Source: Parcubacteria group bacterium Gr01-1014_38 (lineage in GTDB: Bacteria; Patescibacteriota; Andersenbacteria; UBA10190; CAIZMI01). Taken from it: DNA of 64,000 bases. Location: assembly GCA_007376145.1 (NCBI GenBank), contig VMFP01000002.1:8679-72678 (forward strand), read 5' to 3'. Each line of letters begins with the position of its first letter. The stretch's first letter is position 1. The position numbers and the translations under genes are program-made. Below, piece after piece: positions 30,792 through 39,844 of the stretch. The notes beneath the pieces were generated by a model. It had not been told where the DNA came from. It saw only the letters and a list, made by a program, of their open reading frames with translations, and searched no databases.

Positions 30792-31472
30792 ATGCGACTC
30801 TCTTCACGTCCTGTTGAAACCTTTTTCCAAACCTGGACGCCGGAAATGGCGTATGTCCTCGGGTATTTTGCCGCCGATGGTTATATGTACCGCAATCCAC
30901 GCGGGTCACATTATGTCGGCTTCGTCTCCACTGATGAGGAACTTGTCCGTCTGGTCCGGTCGCTGATCGGCACCTTGAACAGCATCGAGGTTTACCGGCC
31001 AAAGAATAAAAACTGGAAGACCCGATACACGCTGCAGGTTGGAAGTCGGAAGATTTTTGAAACACTCAGTGATCTCGGATTTTCTCCCGCTAAGAGCCTC
31101 ACGGTGTCCTTTCCGCTTGTTCCCCTTTCCGTGTTATCGCACTTCGTCCGAGGATATTTTGACGGTGATGGGTGTTTGTCCTTCGGCACCTATGCGCGAA
31201 AGAACCGGAAAAGCAAAGCACAAGTCCTGTTCGCACGGTTCATCAGCGGCAGCGAGTATTTCCTCAAGGGTTTGCAGTCTGCTCTCCTGCTCGGGGAAAT
31301 CGGTCCGGGATCACTGGGACACCACGGGAAAAATTTTCGTCTTCAGTACGGGATGCACGATTCGTTCCGCCTATACAAATTGATGTATCCGACTTATGCT
31401 GTTCCCTGCCTTCTCCGAAAGCGAGAGAAATTCGAGCGAGGCCTCGTAGTAATGTCCGGGCCGGTCGTCTAG
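30792..31472 (+). CDS. LAGLIDADG homing endonuclease family protein (two motifs)
   Basis: WTPEMAYVLGYFAADG and HFVRGYFDGDG motifs, LxRKxEKF tail; last five codons overlap tRNA-Asp. Confidence 0.9.
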   Translation: MRLSSRPVETFFQTWTPEMAYVLGYFAADGYMYRNPRGSHYVGFVSTDEELVRLVRSLIGTLNSIEVYRPKNKNWKTRYTLQVGSRKIFETLSDLGFSPAKSLTVSFPLVPLSVLSHFVRGYFDGDGCLSFGTYARKNRKSKAQVLFARFISGSEYFLKGLQSALLLGEIGPGSLGHHGKNFRLQYGMHDSFRLYKLMYPTYAVPCLLRKREKFERGLVVMSGPVV

Positions 31473-31536
31473 CCTGGTTCAAGACGCCTCCTTGTCAAGG
31501 AGGAGACCACGGGTTCAAATCCCGTCCGGCCCGCCA
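31458..31536 (+). tRNA. tRNA-Asp(GTC)
   Basis: GGGCCGG/CCGGCCC-GCCA acceptor, CCTCC-TTGTCAA-GGAGG anticodon arm, ACGGG-TTCAAAT-CCCGT T arm. Confidence 0.95.
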
Positions 31537-31540
31537 GAGT

Positions 31541-33160
31541 TCAAAAGCGGTCGCGCACTTCGTAAATCGTTGCGCGGCTGGGTTCTTTCTTCCGCGCCTG
31601 CGGGTACTCGAACGTGCCGAGTGCCAAGAATTGATCCGCGAATCTCGGATCGACGAGAACGGGAAACGCCTCGCTTATGGTTCCACGGATGACGATATAC
31701 CGCACGTCCCACCGCTGGAGTTCTTGCCATTGCTCCTGACCGCTCGGAGTGTTCAGATGTGTTTCCGCAAAGACGGCTCGGCCTTCATCTTTCTCTCCAA
31801 AAAGGGCCAGCACAATACTGGAGCGGTGTTCGAAGGCAATCGTGCCGGGCAGCGCTCGCGCCGCCTGGATTGCTTGGTAGTATGCGTAGTCCGTTCCAAG
31901 ATTTTTCTGTTGAACTTCGCGGGCTTCGGCGGCCGTGTGCGCGGTCCACGGTCCGAGCGAGAGTCCGAGGAGGAGTACGCCCGCAACCATCGGCGCTGCT
32001 CGCGAGGCGCGTGGCCAGCGGAAGCTGACTTGTCGGACGGTCTGGATGGCTGCCTGGACTCCGGCAGCAAGCACCAGAAACAGCACAGGATAGAGCATCA
32101 CAAGGAACCGCTGGCGCACGCCCCACCAGGCGATCGGAACCGCAAGAAACAGAAATGGCAGAAGAATCAGGAGGAACCGCCGCAGGTGTCTGCGTGCGAG
32201 GAACACGATGCCCGCAAGAAGCAGGAGACTGGGGAATTCCTTCGGGTCGGTGAAGAAGGAGCGAAGTCGCGCCGGCCACGCGCGCGCCTCGAGCGTCGCG
32301 ATATCGCGAAGGATCCGCGGGGGCTCCCCCCACAGGCGGTCCACGCCAACGCTGGTCCAGATGGCGGCGTAGTTCTTTGAGAAATCGGCGAGCGTCGTCA
32401 CACCGAATGGCGTGGCCTCCGCGTCAGCAAAGTATTCCACGGGGAGCAGCGGCCGTCCGACGCGCGTGAAGAGCAGAGCGAACGGCAACCAGCAGACGAC
32501 CGCGGCCGCCAGCGCCGGTTTCATCAGGGAGCGTGGCTTCCAGTACACCAGCGCCAAGAGCGGAAAGAGTGCGAGGAGAAAGACTCCTTCAAAACGCGCG
32601 AGGGACGCCAGGGCAAAGAGCACTCCGGTGCCGATCGCGCCGCGGCGCGTTCGCGTTCGGAGGAACGCCAGCAGCGCGCCGAGGAACAACGCGATGAACG
32701 TCGTATCGGCGTATCCCCGCACGGATTGAAAGAGGAACGGCGCGACGGCCTGGAAGGGAGCGAGACCAACAACCAGTGCGACGTTCGAAAGTCCAAGTGT
32801 GCGTCCGAGGAAATAAAGCAGCGCGATCGCTACTAAGGACGCAATCATCGCGACCGCGATGGCCGCGCCTTCCCAGTCGAAAACCGTGTGGGCGAGCGCG
32901 ATGAGCGCGGGGTACACTGGCAGTCGCTTTTCCGCGACCGGGTACGAGCCTTTCAACAGTTCCTGCGCGATCAGAATGAAGTTGTAGGTATCGCCGCCCG
33001 GAAACGCTTTCCACCAGCGGAAAAACGCGATGCGGTGGGCAAGGGCGAGACCGAGAACCACGAAGAGACCCCCGTGCCTGCGGAGAAACCGCGCGCCCCC
33101 TGCGCCTACCAAGGCCAGGGACGCAGACGTTGCGGGGGCAAGACGCATGGAGATGAACAT
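31541..33160 (-). CDS. GT-C fold integral membrane glycosyltransferase (GT39/PMT-like)
   Basis: GDTYNF first loop, RLPVYP, multiple TMs, LARFEG, QRF, C-terminal VRYIV domain. Confidence 0.72.
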   Translation of the reverse strand: MFISMRLAPATSASLALVGAGGARFLRRHGGLFVVLGLALAHRIAFFRWWKAFPGGDTYNFILIAQELLKGSYPVAEKRLPVYPALIALAHTVFDWEGAAIAVAMIASLVAIALLYFLGRTLGLSNVALVVGLAPFQAVAPFLFQSVRGYADTTFIALFLGALLAFLRTRTRRGAIGTGVLFALASLARFEGVFLLALFPLLALVYWKPRSLMKPALAAAVVCWLPFALLFTRVGRPLLPVEYFADAEATPFGVTTLADFSKNYAAIWTSVGVDRLWGEPPRILRDIATLEARAWPARLRSFFTDPKEFPSLLLLAGIVFLARRHLRRFLLILLPFLFLAVPIAWWGVRQRFLVMLYPVLFLVLAAGVQAAIQTVRQVSFRWPRASRAAPMVAGVLLLGLSLGPWTAHTAAEAREVQQKNLGTDYAYYQAIQAARALPGTIAFEHRSSIVLALFGEKDEGRAVFAETHLNTPSGQEQWQELQRWDVRYIVIRGTISEAFPVLVDPRFADQFLALGTFEYPQARKKEPSRATIYEVRDRF

Positions 33161-33229
33161 ACCACGGTGATCGGTGCGTTCGTATCCCTCCAGGAGCGCT
33201 GCGAAGGGAACCTGTATGATGAGAGAACC

Positions 33230-34306
33230 GTGCGTCTCCGGTTCGCGATTGTTCTCGGCGTCGTGCTCTTGCTTGTCCTCGGCGCAGGGGTGAGATGGCG
33301 CCTGCAGAATCGTCTCGCCGATGTCCCGCAGCGGATCAGCGCGTTGCCGACGCCGGCGTCTCCACCGGTCTCGACTCCGGGGCCCCTCCGCGCTCCGGAA
33401 CTCGGAGTCTCAGGCGCGATGCTCGCCCGAGACGGCGTGGTGCGCGAAACGAACGCGCGGCGTTCCCGCGCTGACCTTTCGGTACTTCAAGAGCACCCGA
33501 CGCTCACGGCGGCTGCCGAGCGAAAAGTCGCGGACATGCTCGCACGGCAGTACTTCGCGCACGACAATCCGGATGGACGGGGAATTTCGACGGTCGTGTC
33601 CGGGCTCGGCTACGCGTACCTCCGCGTCGGAGAAAATCTCGCCCTCGGCAATTTTGCGAGCGACCAAGCGCTCGTGGATGCCTGGATGAACAGTCCGGGT
33701 CATCGCGAGAACATGCTTCACAAAGGCTTTACCGAGATTGGCGCGGCCGTGCGCCGCGGGACTTTTCAGGGGCGCGAGACGTGGCTGGCGGTGCAAGTCT
33801 TTGCGCTCCCGAAGTCCGCCTGTCCCGGCATGGATGATACGCTCCTGAAGAGCGTTGAGAGGCAGGAGGGCGAACTCGACAAACTTGACGCCCGCATCCG
33901 GGAACAGCGGACACGTGTTGAGGAGCTGGTGCGCGAGCGCGATGCGCTGGCGGCGGACATCGCGCGTCTTGTGAGCGAAGGAAACGCGAAGATTGCCGAA
34001 GGGAACGCTGAAATTGAGGAAGGGAATCGGATCTACCGTGAAACCGGAGACCGCAGCGCAGCCGAGCCGCACTGGACGAGAGGCGAACAGCTTCAGCGGG
34101 AAGGCGCGCAGAAGCATGAGGAAGCTCGCGCGAAAGAAACGGCGATGCGCGCGTTGGAAGACACGCTTGTCGCGCGTACCACCGAGGTCAATGAACTCAT
34201 TGCAACCTTCAACCGACTCCAGAAAGAGCAGCAAGTGCTCGTCGCGCGGGCCAACGCGAGCATTGAAGCCTTCAACGCTTGCGTTAAATCAATGGTGAGT
34301 CTCTGA
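33230..34306 (+). CDS. CAP (SCP) domain protein with C-terminal coiled coil
   Basis: N-terminal TM, YFAHDNPDG, GENLA, WMNSPGHRENML, VQVFA; heptad-rich tail. Confidence 0.88.
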   Translation: MRLRFAIVLGVVLLLVLGAGVRWRLQNRLADVPQRISALPTPASPPVSTPGPLRAPELGVSGAMLARDGVVRETNARRSRADLSVLQEHPTLTAAAERKVADMLARQYFAHDNPDGRGISTVVSGLGYAYLRVGENLALGNFASDQALVDAWMNSPGHRENMLHKGFTEIGAAVRRGTFQGRETWLAVQVFALPKSACPGMDDTLLKSVERQEGELDKLDARIREQRTRVEELVRERDALAADIARLVSEGNAKIAEGNAEIEEGNRIYRETGDRSAAEPHWTRGEQLQREGAQKHEEARAKETAMRALEDTLVARTTEVNELIATFNRLQKEQQVLVARANASIEAFNACVKSMVSL

Positions 34307-34322
34307 TGGTATACTGCGCCGT

Positions 34323-35246
34323 GTGGCGAGCAGTGTTCCCAAACCTCGCGTGGCGGTAGTCTCCGGCACCGATCGGCGAGAAAATATCCGGCAAGCGCAA
34401 CTGCTTCTCGGTGATCCGTACGTCGAGCGCATCAAAACAGCGCGGCAGCTCTTCATTCACCCGAATCTCGTTTCCGACAAAAACCAACTTGCGAGTACCC
34501 ACGTCGAAGCCGTGCGTGCCGTGCTCGACATCATTTCGCTGCATCGCGGCGACGAGGTGCTCATCGGCGACGCGAGCTACCACGATACCAAAAAAGCGTT
34601 TGAGCGCTTCGGGTACGAGTCTCTCCGGCGCAGCGGGAACGCGCGGTTTCTTGATCTGAATGACGATGAAACCGTCGAGACGTTCGCCTACGACCGACAT
34701 CTCGCGCGCCAGCCGATGCCCACCAGCAAGACGGTTCTCGAGTCCGACTGCGTGGTCCTCATCGTTCCTCCCAAGATGCACAGCTACTACACCGTCTCCT
34801 TGAGCCTAAAGACGCATGTCGTCGGCAGTATGGTGGTGCCGCGCAGCCCCTTTGGCATTCACGCGCGGTGGCCCAAGGTGCACAGCGGGTATCTGGCCGC
34901 ACACCGAACGCTCGCCGACTGGTACCAGCAACACCCGGCACAGGCCGCCATCATTGACGGTCGAGAGGCGATGGAGGGAAACGGGCCGATGTCCGGGACA
35001 AAAGTCGAGCTCAACTGGGCCGTGGCTTCCCTGGATCCGGTGGCGGCGGATGCCATGGCCGCGTGGCTCATGGGGTTTACGCCCGACGAGATTGGGTACC
35101 TCGTGTACCTGAAGGCGGCGGGATGGATCATTGACCCTGCGGAGATGGAAGTCGTCGGAGAGCCGGGCTGGCAGCGGCTGCGCCAGGAACTCGCGCGCCC
35201 CGAGACGTGGCCCGAGATCGCCGAGTGGCGGGAGAACCATGAATGA
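34323..35246 (+). CDS. DUF362 family protein
   Basis: IHPNLV, STHVEAV, PKMH..VSLSLK, IIDG..AMEGNGP, DPVAADA. Confidence 0.8.
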   Translation: MASSVPKPRVAVVSGTDRRENIRQAQLLLGDPYVERIKTARQLFIHPNLVSDKNQLASTHVEAVRAVLDIISLHRGDEVLIGDASYHDTKKAFERFGYESLRRSGNARFLDLNDDETVETFAYDRHLARQPMPTSKTVLESDCVVLIVPPKMHSYYTVSLSLKTHVVGSMVVPRSPFGIHARWPKVHSGYLAAHRTLADWYQQHPAQAAIIDGREAMEGNGPMSGTKVELNWAVASLDPVAADAMAAWLMGFTPDEIGYLVYLKAAGWIIDPAEMEVVGEPGWQRLRQELARPETWPEIAEWRENHE

Positions 35247-35748
35247 GCATGAGAATCGTCTGCGAGACTTCGGCCGCTCCCTCGGAGAGTTCCTCTCTCG
35301 GCTGATTATTCCCGAGGCGGGGATTCCCCGACCGATCATTAGCCTGAAAAGCGCGATGCCCCTGCTTCTGCCCGTGAACCAAGACACCGTCGAAGAGCTG
35401 CGGCAGTTCGTGAAGGACCATCGGAAAGAGTTCCGCTCTGCGCTCTTGGTGCTCCACGTGCAGGGGTACAATGATCCCTACCACCGTCAAACCCTGACCG
35501 TGGCTCATCCGTATCAGGAGTTGGCGACCGGAGAGACCATCACGCGGATAGACGATCCGCGGCCCGTGAAGCTTGCGCGACTCGTGCTCCGAGAGGTGCC
35601 GTCCGAGTGGCGGAGCGTCAAGCCGCTGGAGCTTCTTCTCCAAGCACAGGCGCGGCACGTCCGCCATGGCGTCGCCCTCGGGGTCGGACCGACCGTTCCC
35701 CTGCGCGTGCCGCGGCAAGAGATTCCAGGTAAGGCGACGGGGATCTGA
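35239..35748 (+). CDS. hypothetical protein
   Basis: ORF coupled to both neighbours; host-like codon usage. Confidence 0.6.
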   Translation: MNEHENRLRDFGRSLGEFLSRLIIPEAGIPRPIISLKSAMPLLLPVNQDTVEELRQFVKDHRKEFRSALLVLHVQGYNDPYHRQTLTVAHPYQELATGETITRIDDPRPVKLARLVLREVPSEWRSVKPLELLLQAQARHVRHGVALGVGPTVPLRVPRQEIPGKATGI

Positions 35749-35761
35749 CCAAGACGAGCAG

Positions 35762-36967
35762 ATGGACAGGAGCATCGTGGTCTCTCTCCTTCGGAAGTTC
35801 AGCCTCCCGCTGGCCGTCGTGGTGCTCTTTGGCCTTGCGTGGAACGGGGTTCGGCGTATGCCACCGTCTCTGTCTCCCGTGGGGTCAGGGTCGGGCCTCT
35901 CGGCACTCGAGGCGTGTCTGTCCTCCCCCGGCTTTCGCGAGCGGGTCACGTGTTACCAGCCGATCTTGGAGGGGCAGCTTCAGGCGCAGGGACCGCGCGG
36001 CGTGCTGTCCGAGCTCGATCGACTGCAGGAGGAACGACCGGTGTTCCGAGCGCACTGCCATGACATGGCGCATGTTCTCGGGCGGTTCTGGATCGCTCGC
36101 GGGGGGACGGTGGCCGATGGCTTCCGGGAGGGTTCGAACATCTGCCACGCGGGATTCTTTCACGGCATGGTCGAGCGGGTGTTCCGAGGGGGGGAGAAGC
36201 TGACGGACGAGCCCCTGCACTTCTCGCCCGAGGAGCTGCGCGCGAAGGTCGCCACGGTCTGCGGCCCGGAAGTGCTGCAGACGACCAGCCGGAACATTCG
36301 CTTCCAGTGTTTGCACGGTCTCGGGCACGCCGTGGTCTTCTCGCTCGGGTACCGCTTGCCGATCGCGCTCGAGATTTGCGACGTCCTCCCCGGCAACTGG
36401 GACCAGAACTCCTGCGCTGGTGGAGCGTTTATGGAGAACATCACGGGCGTCGAGCGAGAACGGCGGATGCTCCGGGCAGGGGATCCCCACTATCCGTGTT
36501 CGATCGTTCCGCCGAAGTACCGCGATTCCTGCTACGGCATGCAGACCAGCTGGATGCTCGAAGACGGTCTGGCTTGGGACGCCATCATTGCCGCGTGTCG
36601 AGCGGCGGGCTCCTCCCAGCTCTCCTGTTTCCAGAGTTTCGGTCGGGACGTGAGTCCTCGGGTCCGTCAAGGCGGACCGGTCGCCTTCGTTCCCCTGTGC
36701 ACACAACTTGCACCGGATGAACGCGCGGCGTGCATTCGCGGGGCGGTCTACGCGCTGGCCGACCACACGTGGGATGGCCGCTATGCGTACCCCTTCTGTG
36801 CCGTGGTTCCGTCTGCGGATGTTCGTGCGGAGTGTTTCCAGCAGGCACACACTCACCTGCTCCGCTCATTGGAGCAACCGCCGGAAACAGCACAGCGCGG
36901 ATGTCTGGTGCTGAGCGACGGGAAGGACGTCTGTCTCACCACGCTCCAGCAACTCGTGACCTCCTGA
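35762..36967 (+). CDS. exported Cys/His-rich repeat protein
   Basis: N-terminal TM; CHDMAHVLGR, CHAGFFHGMVE, CLHGLGH, CAGGAFMEN and regularly spaced Cys. Confidence 0.75.
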   Translation: MDRSIVVSLLRKFSLPLAVVVLFGLAWNGVRRMPPSLSPVGSGSGLSALEACLSSPGFRERVTCYQPILEGQLQAQGPRGVLSELDRLQEERPVFRAHCHDMAHVLGRFWIARGGTVADGFREGSNICHAGFFHGMVERVFRGGEKLTDEPLHFSPEELRAKVATVCGPEVLQTTSRNIRFQCLHGLGHAVVFSLGYRLPIALEICDVLPGNWDQNSCAGGAFMENITGVERERRMLRAGDPHYPCSIVPPKYRDSCYGMQTSWMLEDGLAWDAIIAACRAAGSSQLSCFQSFGRDVSPRVRQGGPVAFVPLCTQLAPDERAACIRGAVYALADHTWDGRYAYPFCAVVPSADVRAECFQQAHTHLLRSLEQPPETAQRGCLVLSDGKDVCLTTLQQLVTS

Positions 36968-36968
36968 C

Positions 36969-37508
36969 ATGGTGTATCCCACACCGGAACGCCTCCAGTT
37001 TCCCCTGTCCTCATACGTCGTCACCGGACGGAAGTTCTTGGACGAAGCGGTGTTCGGCGGGCAGTCGTGGGGACGTCACCTCGGTGAGGATTGCATTGCC
37101 GAGCCTGGAACGCCGGTCTGCGCGATTGGTGATGGCGACGTGGTCTACGCGGAGCTCCACGCGAGCTGGTTTCGGCGCCGCGGGAACTGGGGGCACGTGG
37201 TGATCCTCGGCCACACGCACGCGGCGGACGGTCAACCGTTTTATTCCGTGTATGGTCATCTCGGGGACTTCCGCGTGGCCGTCGGGAACCGCGTTCAAGG
37301 CGGAGACACGCTCGGCACGGTCGGAAAAGGCAGGACTCGCTCGAACGGCTGGTGGCCGGAACCGCACCTCCACTTCGCCATTTATCGCGGTCCGTGGGAA
37401 CATCACGTGCTCCCCGGCTATAGTCGCGAGAATGACGACCGCACGAAACTTGAGTACTGGGTAGACCCGTCGAGGTTCGTTCAGACCTACCTCTCACCGA
37501 TGTCATAA
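36969..37508 (+). CDS. M23 family metallopeptidase
   Basis: HLGED (HxxxD), YGHL, HLHF motifs. Confidence 0.9.
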   Translation: MVYPTPERLQFPLSSYVVTGRKFLDEAVFGGQSWGRHLGEDCIAEPGTPVCAIGDGDVVYAELHASWFRRRGNWGHVVILGHTHAADGQPFYSVYGHLGDFRVAVGNRVQGGDTLGTVGKGRTRSNGWWPEPHLHFAIYRGPWEHHVLPGYSRENDDRTKLEYWVDPSRFVQTYLSPMS

Positions 37509-37535
37509 AAAAAGACCCGTCGCGAACGACGGGTC
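37507..37535 (-). terminator. intrinsic terminator of thyX-like gene
   Basis: GACCCGTCG-CGAA-CGACGGGTC with adjacent A7 (U-tract on minus strand). Confidence 0.75.
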
Positions 37536-37572
37536 GGGAAAACAATGAGCAGGAACCAGGGTGGTATGACGC

Positions 37573-39315
37573 TTACTCGATCGGGAGCGGAATCGCGCCG
37601 TCGCCGCGGGCGAAAACGTATGCTGGCGTCGTGTTCGCGCGTGACACACGGCGCCACCATGGGATGAGGTCCCGTAATCCCTCTTCGATCGCGAGAAAAA
37701 CCTTTCGCACTTCGTGGTTGACGTTCCATCCTGTCCGCTGCCAGGTGCAGAACTCCCACTGGCGGAGGTTTGCCACGATGTGAAAGCCAACGATATTCCC
37801 GAGTGCGAGCGAATACTGCCGAAGCATCGCCGGCACGTCGTGACCCTGAAGGAGCATATCGAGCTCACGGTTGCTTCGGTGAACCTCCGCGAAGGCTGTC
37901 GGAAGTTCAGGCGGTGCGGGTTTGTCGTACTGGTAGAAACCGAGGTCGGGCGTGAGGTAGGTACGGAAGTGCGTGCAGAAGCCTTGGCGTTGGAGGTCAC
38001 GCCAGCCGCGGAAGCTCATGAGACCCCGGAAGGGAAAGCTGACCGCTTCGAACTCCGCAGGAAGTTTGTCATACGGGTCCCGTGCGGTCGTGAACGGCTC
38101 GTGGGCCATCAGGTAAGCGAATGGTGGCGAGGGACGAGATTCCTTGGGGAAGAGGGGAAGGAGTGTGTGCTCCACGCTGTCTCGCCAGAAGGGGCCAATA
38201 TGTTCGATGCGCACCCGCCCTTTCTCTCCAGATGCCCCGGTATCGAACCATCCGCGCGTCGAGAGGTACCGCCAGTGCGCTCGGTCCCACGCGGTCGGCT
38301 CGAAGTGCCGAGCGAACTGGTGCGCGCCGATTTTCGCAGCCTCTTCGAGAACAAGCTCGACCAAGGTGAGGTTTTCCGGCGTCTCGTCAAGGAGGAGGTG
38401 CTTCAAGAGCATCGGGAATGCCTCACCGCTCACGCAGACGCCGACAGAAGTGAGCGTAGATGCAGGGAGAAGATTCCCGAGGATGTCGCAAGTTTCCCCG
38501 ATCACGCCCGTCTCGAGGTCTTTCGGCGTATTGTGGTAGAGACCGCCATACCGCTCACGGAGGAACGTCGGGAACGGACCAGTGAAGTTCCGTCCGACGA
38601 GTTCCTGGTAGAGACGGAACAGGACATCCGCAAACGAGACGACCGTTTCCGGATTCACGCTCCATCCCGCCGCCAGTTCACGCTCGATGGGATAGCGGCC
38701 CTTCGTGGACATGTCCACGTACCGGGTACTGAGCTCGATGTAGCCCGAACCCGGACGCGTCCACTCGATGCTCTTCGCGGCGAGAAGCGAGACACCCTCG
38801 AAGCAGAGCCAGAAGCTTGCCATCCGCGCGATAGAGTTGTGTCCGTACTTGTCGAGCCACGTGGTGAGAAACTTGCGGGTCTTCTTCGACTCCGCAAATT
38901 CTCGGAGGTATTGTGGATCCGCACCGCAGCACTCCAAGAAGTGATCGAACTCCTGACGGGCTTCTTCGCTGGATGCGAGAAAGCTCCCGAGGTTCGATAT
39001 ATTCTGAGCGCGGAGGAACGCGACTTCGTCTCCGCCGAATTCCCGTTCGACGGTAGAAAGACGCGTCGCCAGAAACTGGGGCAGAAAGCTCTCCACCCAG
39101 ACCCCGCGCAGGCCGCGGGGGTTCTTCATGCGGGAGAACATCGCGAGGAGTGTTGCTCCGATGTTCGGCGGCAGCGTGTGCATGAAGAACACGCGACGAT
39201 CGAGATTCGTAAAAAACGGTCGAAGAGCACGCGTTTCATCGGCGGTGAACGAAGTACCGAGCGAAGAAAAAACAAACTCTTTGGCAACATCCAGGACTGC
39301 TTGCGAGTACTGCAT
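37573..39315 (-). CDS. thyX: double-length FAD-dependent thymidylate synthase (ThyX/Thy1-like)
   Basis: FTNLDRRVF, KYGHNSIA, ELSTRY, LLPASTLTSVG, WRDLQRQ, NLRQW; two-domain architecture. Confidence 0.8.
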   Translation of the reverse strand: MQYSQAVLDVAKEFVFSSLGTSFTADETRALRPFFTNLDRRVFFMHTLPPNIGATLLAMFSRMKNPRGLRGVWVESFLPQFLATRLSTVEREFGGDEVAFLRAQNISNLGSFLASSEEARQEFDHFLECCGADPQYLREFAESKKTRKFLTTWLDKYGHNSIARMASFWLCFEGVSLLAAKSIEWTRPGSGYIELSTRYVDMSTKGRYPIERELAAGWSVNPETVVSFADVLFRLYQELVGRNFTGPFPTFLRERYGGLYHNTPKDLETGVIGETCDILGNLLPASTLTSVGVCVSGEAFPMLLKHLLLDETPENLTLVELVLEEAAKIGAHQFARHFEPTAWDRAHWRYLSTRGWFDTGASGEKGRVRIEHIGPFWRDSVEHTLLPLFPKESRPSPPFAYLMAHEPFTTARDPYDKLPAEFEAVSFPFRGLMSFRGWRDLQRQGFCTHFRTYLTPDLGFYQYDKPAPPELPTAFAEVHRSNRELDMLLQGHDVPAMLRQYSLALGNIVGFHIVANLRQWEFCTWQRTGWNVNHEVRKVFLAIEEGLRDLIPWWRRVSRANTTPAYVFARGDGAIPLPIE

Positions 39316-39443
39316 AGGACATTCCTTTCAAGAAGGTTGTGAAGGTTCACGAAGGAGCAGTGGACTGTTGTGTATCGCGTCTCAATCGGGAAGTCAACCG
39401 GCGCGCGCTTACGCTTCGCGTGCGTCCCCGCTACCATGTACTC

Positions 39444-39827
39444 ATGACCCTCCGGTCCTCTCTCGCGGTCTTCGGGGTGGGGACAGCCTTCGCGTGGGCG
39501 GCGTTTCTCCTCATCTTCGTCACCGTTCCGCCCGAGACTGCGGACTCCCTTGGCGAGTTCTTCTTTTTCAGCGCGCTCTTCCTCGCTCTCACCGGAACGT
39601 TGACGATGCTCGGGATTGTGGGTCGGTGGCGGATGAGCAGTGTGCTCCCGGCGCTGCACATTGGTCCGGCCTTCCGGCAAGGCATGCTGCTCTCGGGTAC
39701 GGCGGCTGGGTTACTCCTCCTCCAGCGATTCCGGTTCTTGCGGTGGTGGAACGTCCTCCTCGTGGTCGCGGTCGCGGTGCTGCTCGATGTGCTCTTGACA
39801 CGCGGGCGTGACGCCGTGCCTGAATGA
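39444..39827 (+). CDS. four-TM membrane protein
   Basis: Four hydrophobic helices, AFRQGMLL and LRWWN motifs recurrent in CPR proteins. Confidence 0.7.
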   Translation: MTLRSSLAVFGVGTAFAWAAFLLIFVTVPPETADSLGEFFFFSALFLALTGTLTMLGIVGRWRMSSVLPALHIGPAFRQGMLLSGTAAGLLLLQRFRFLRWWNVLLVVAVAVLLDVLLTRGRDAVPE

Positions 39828-39844
39828 GAAGTTCTTCACGCGCG

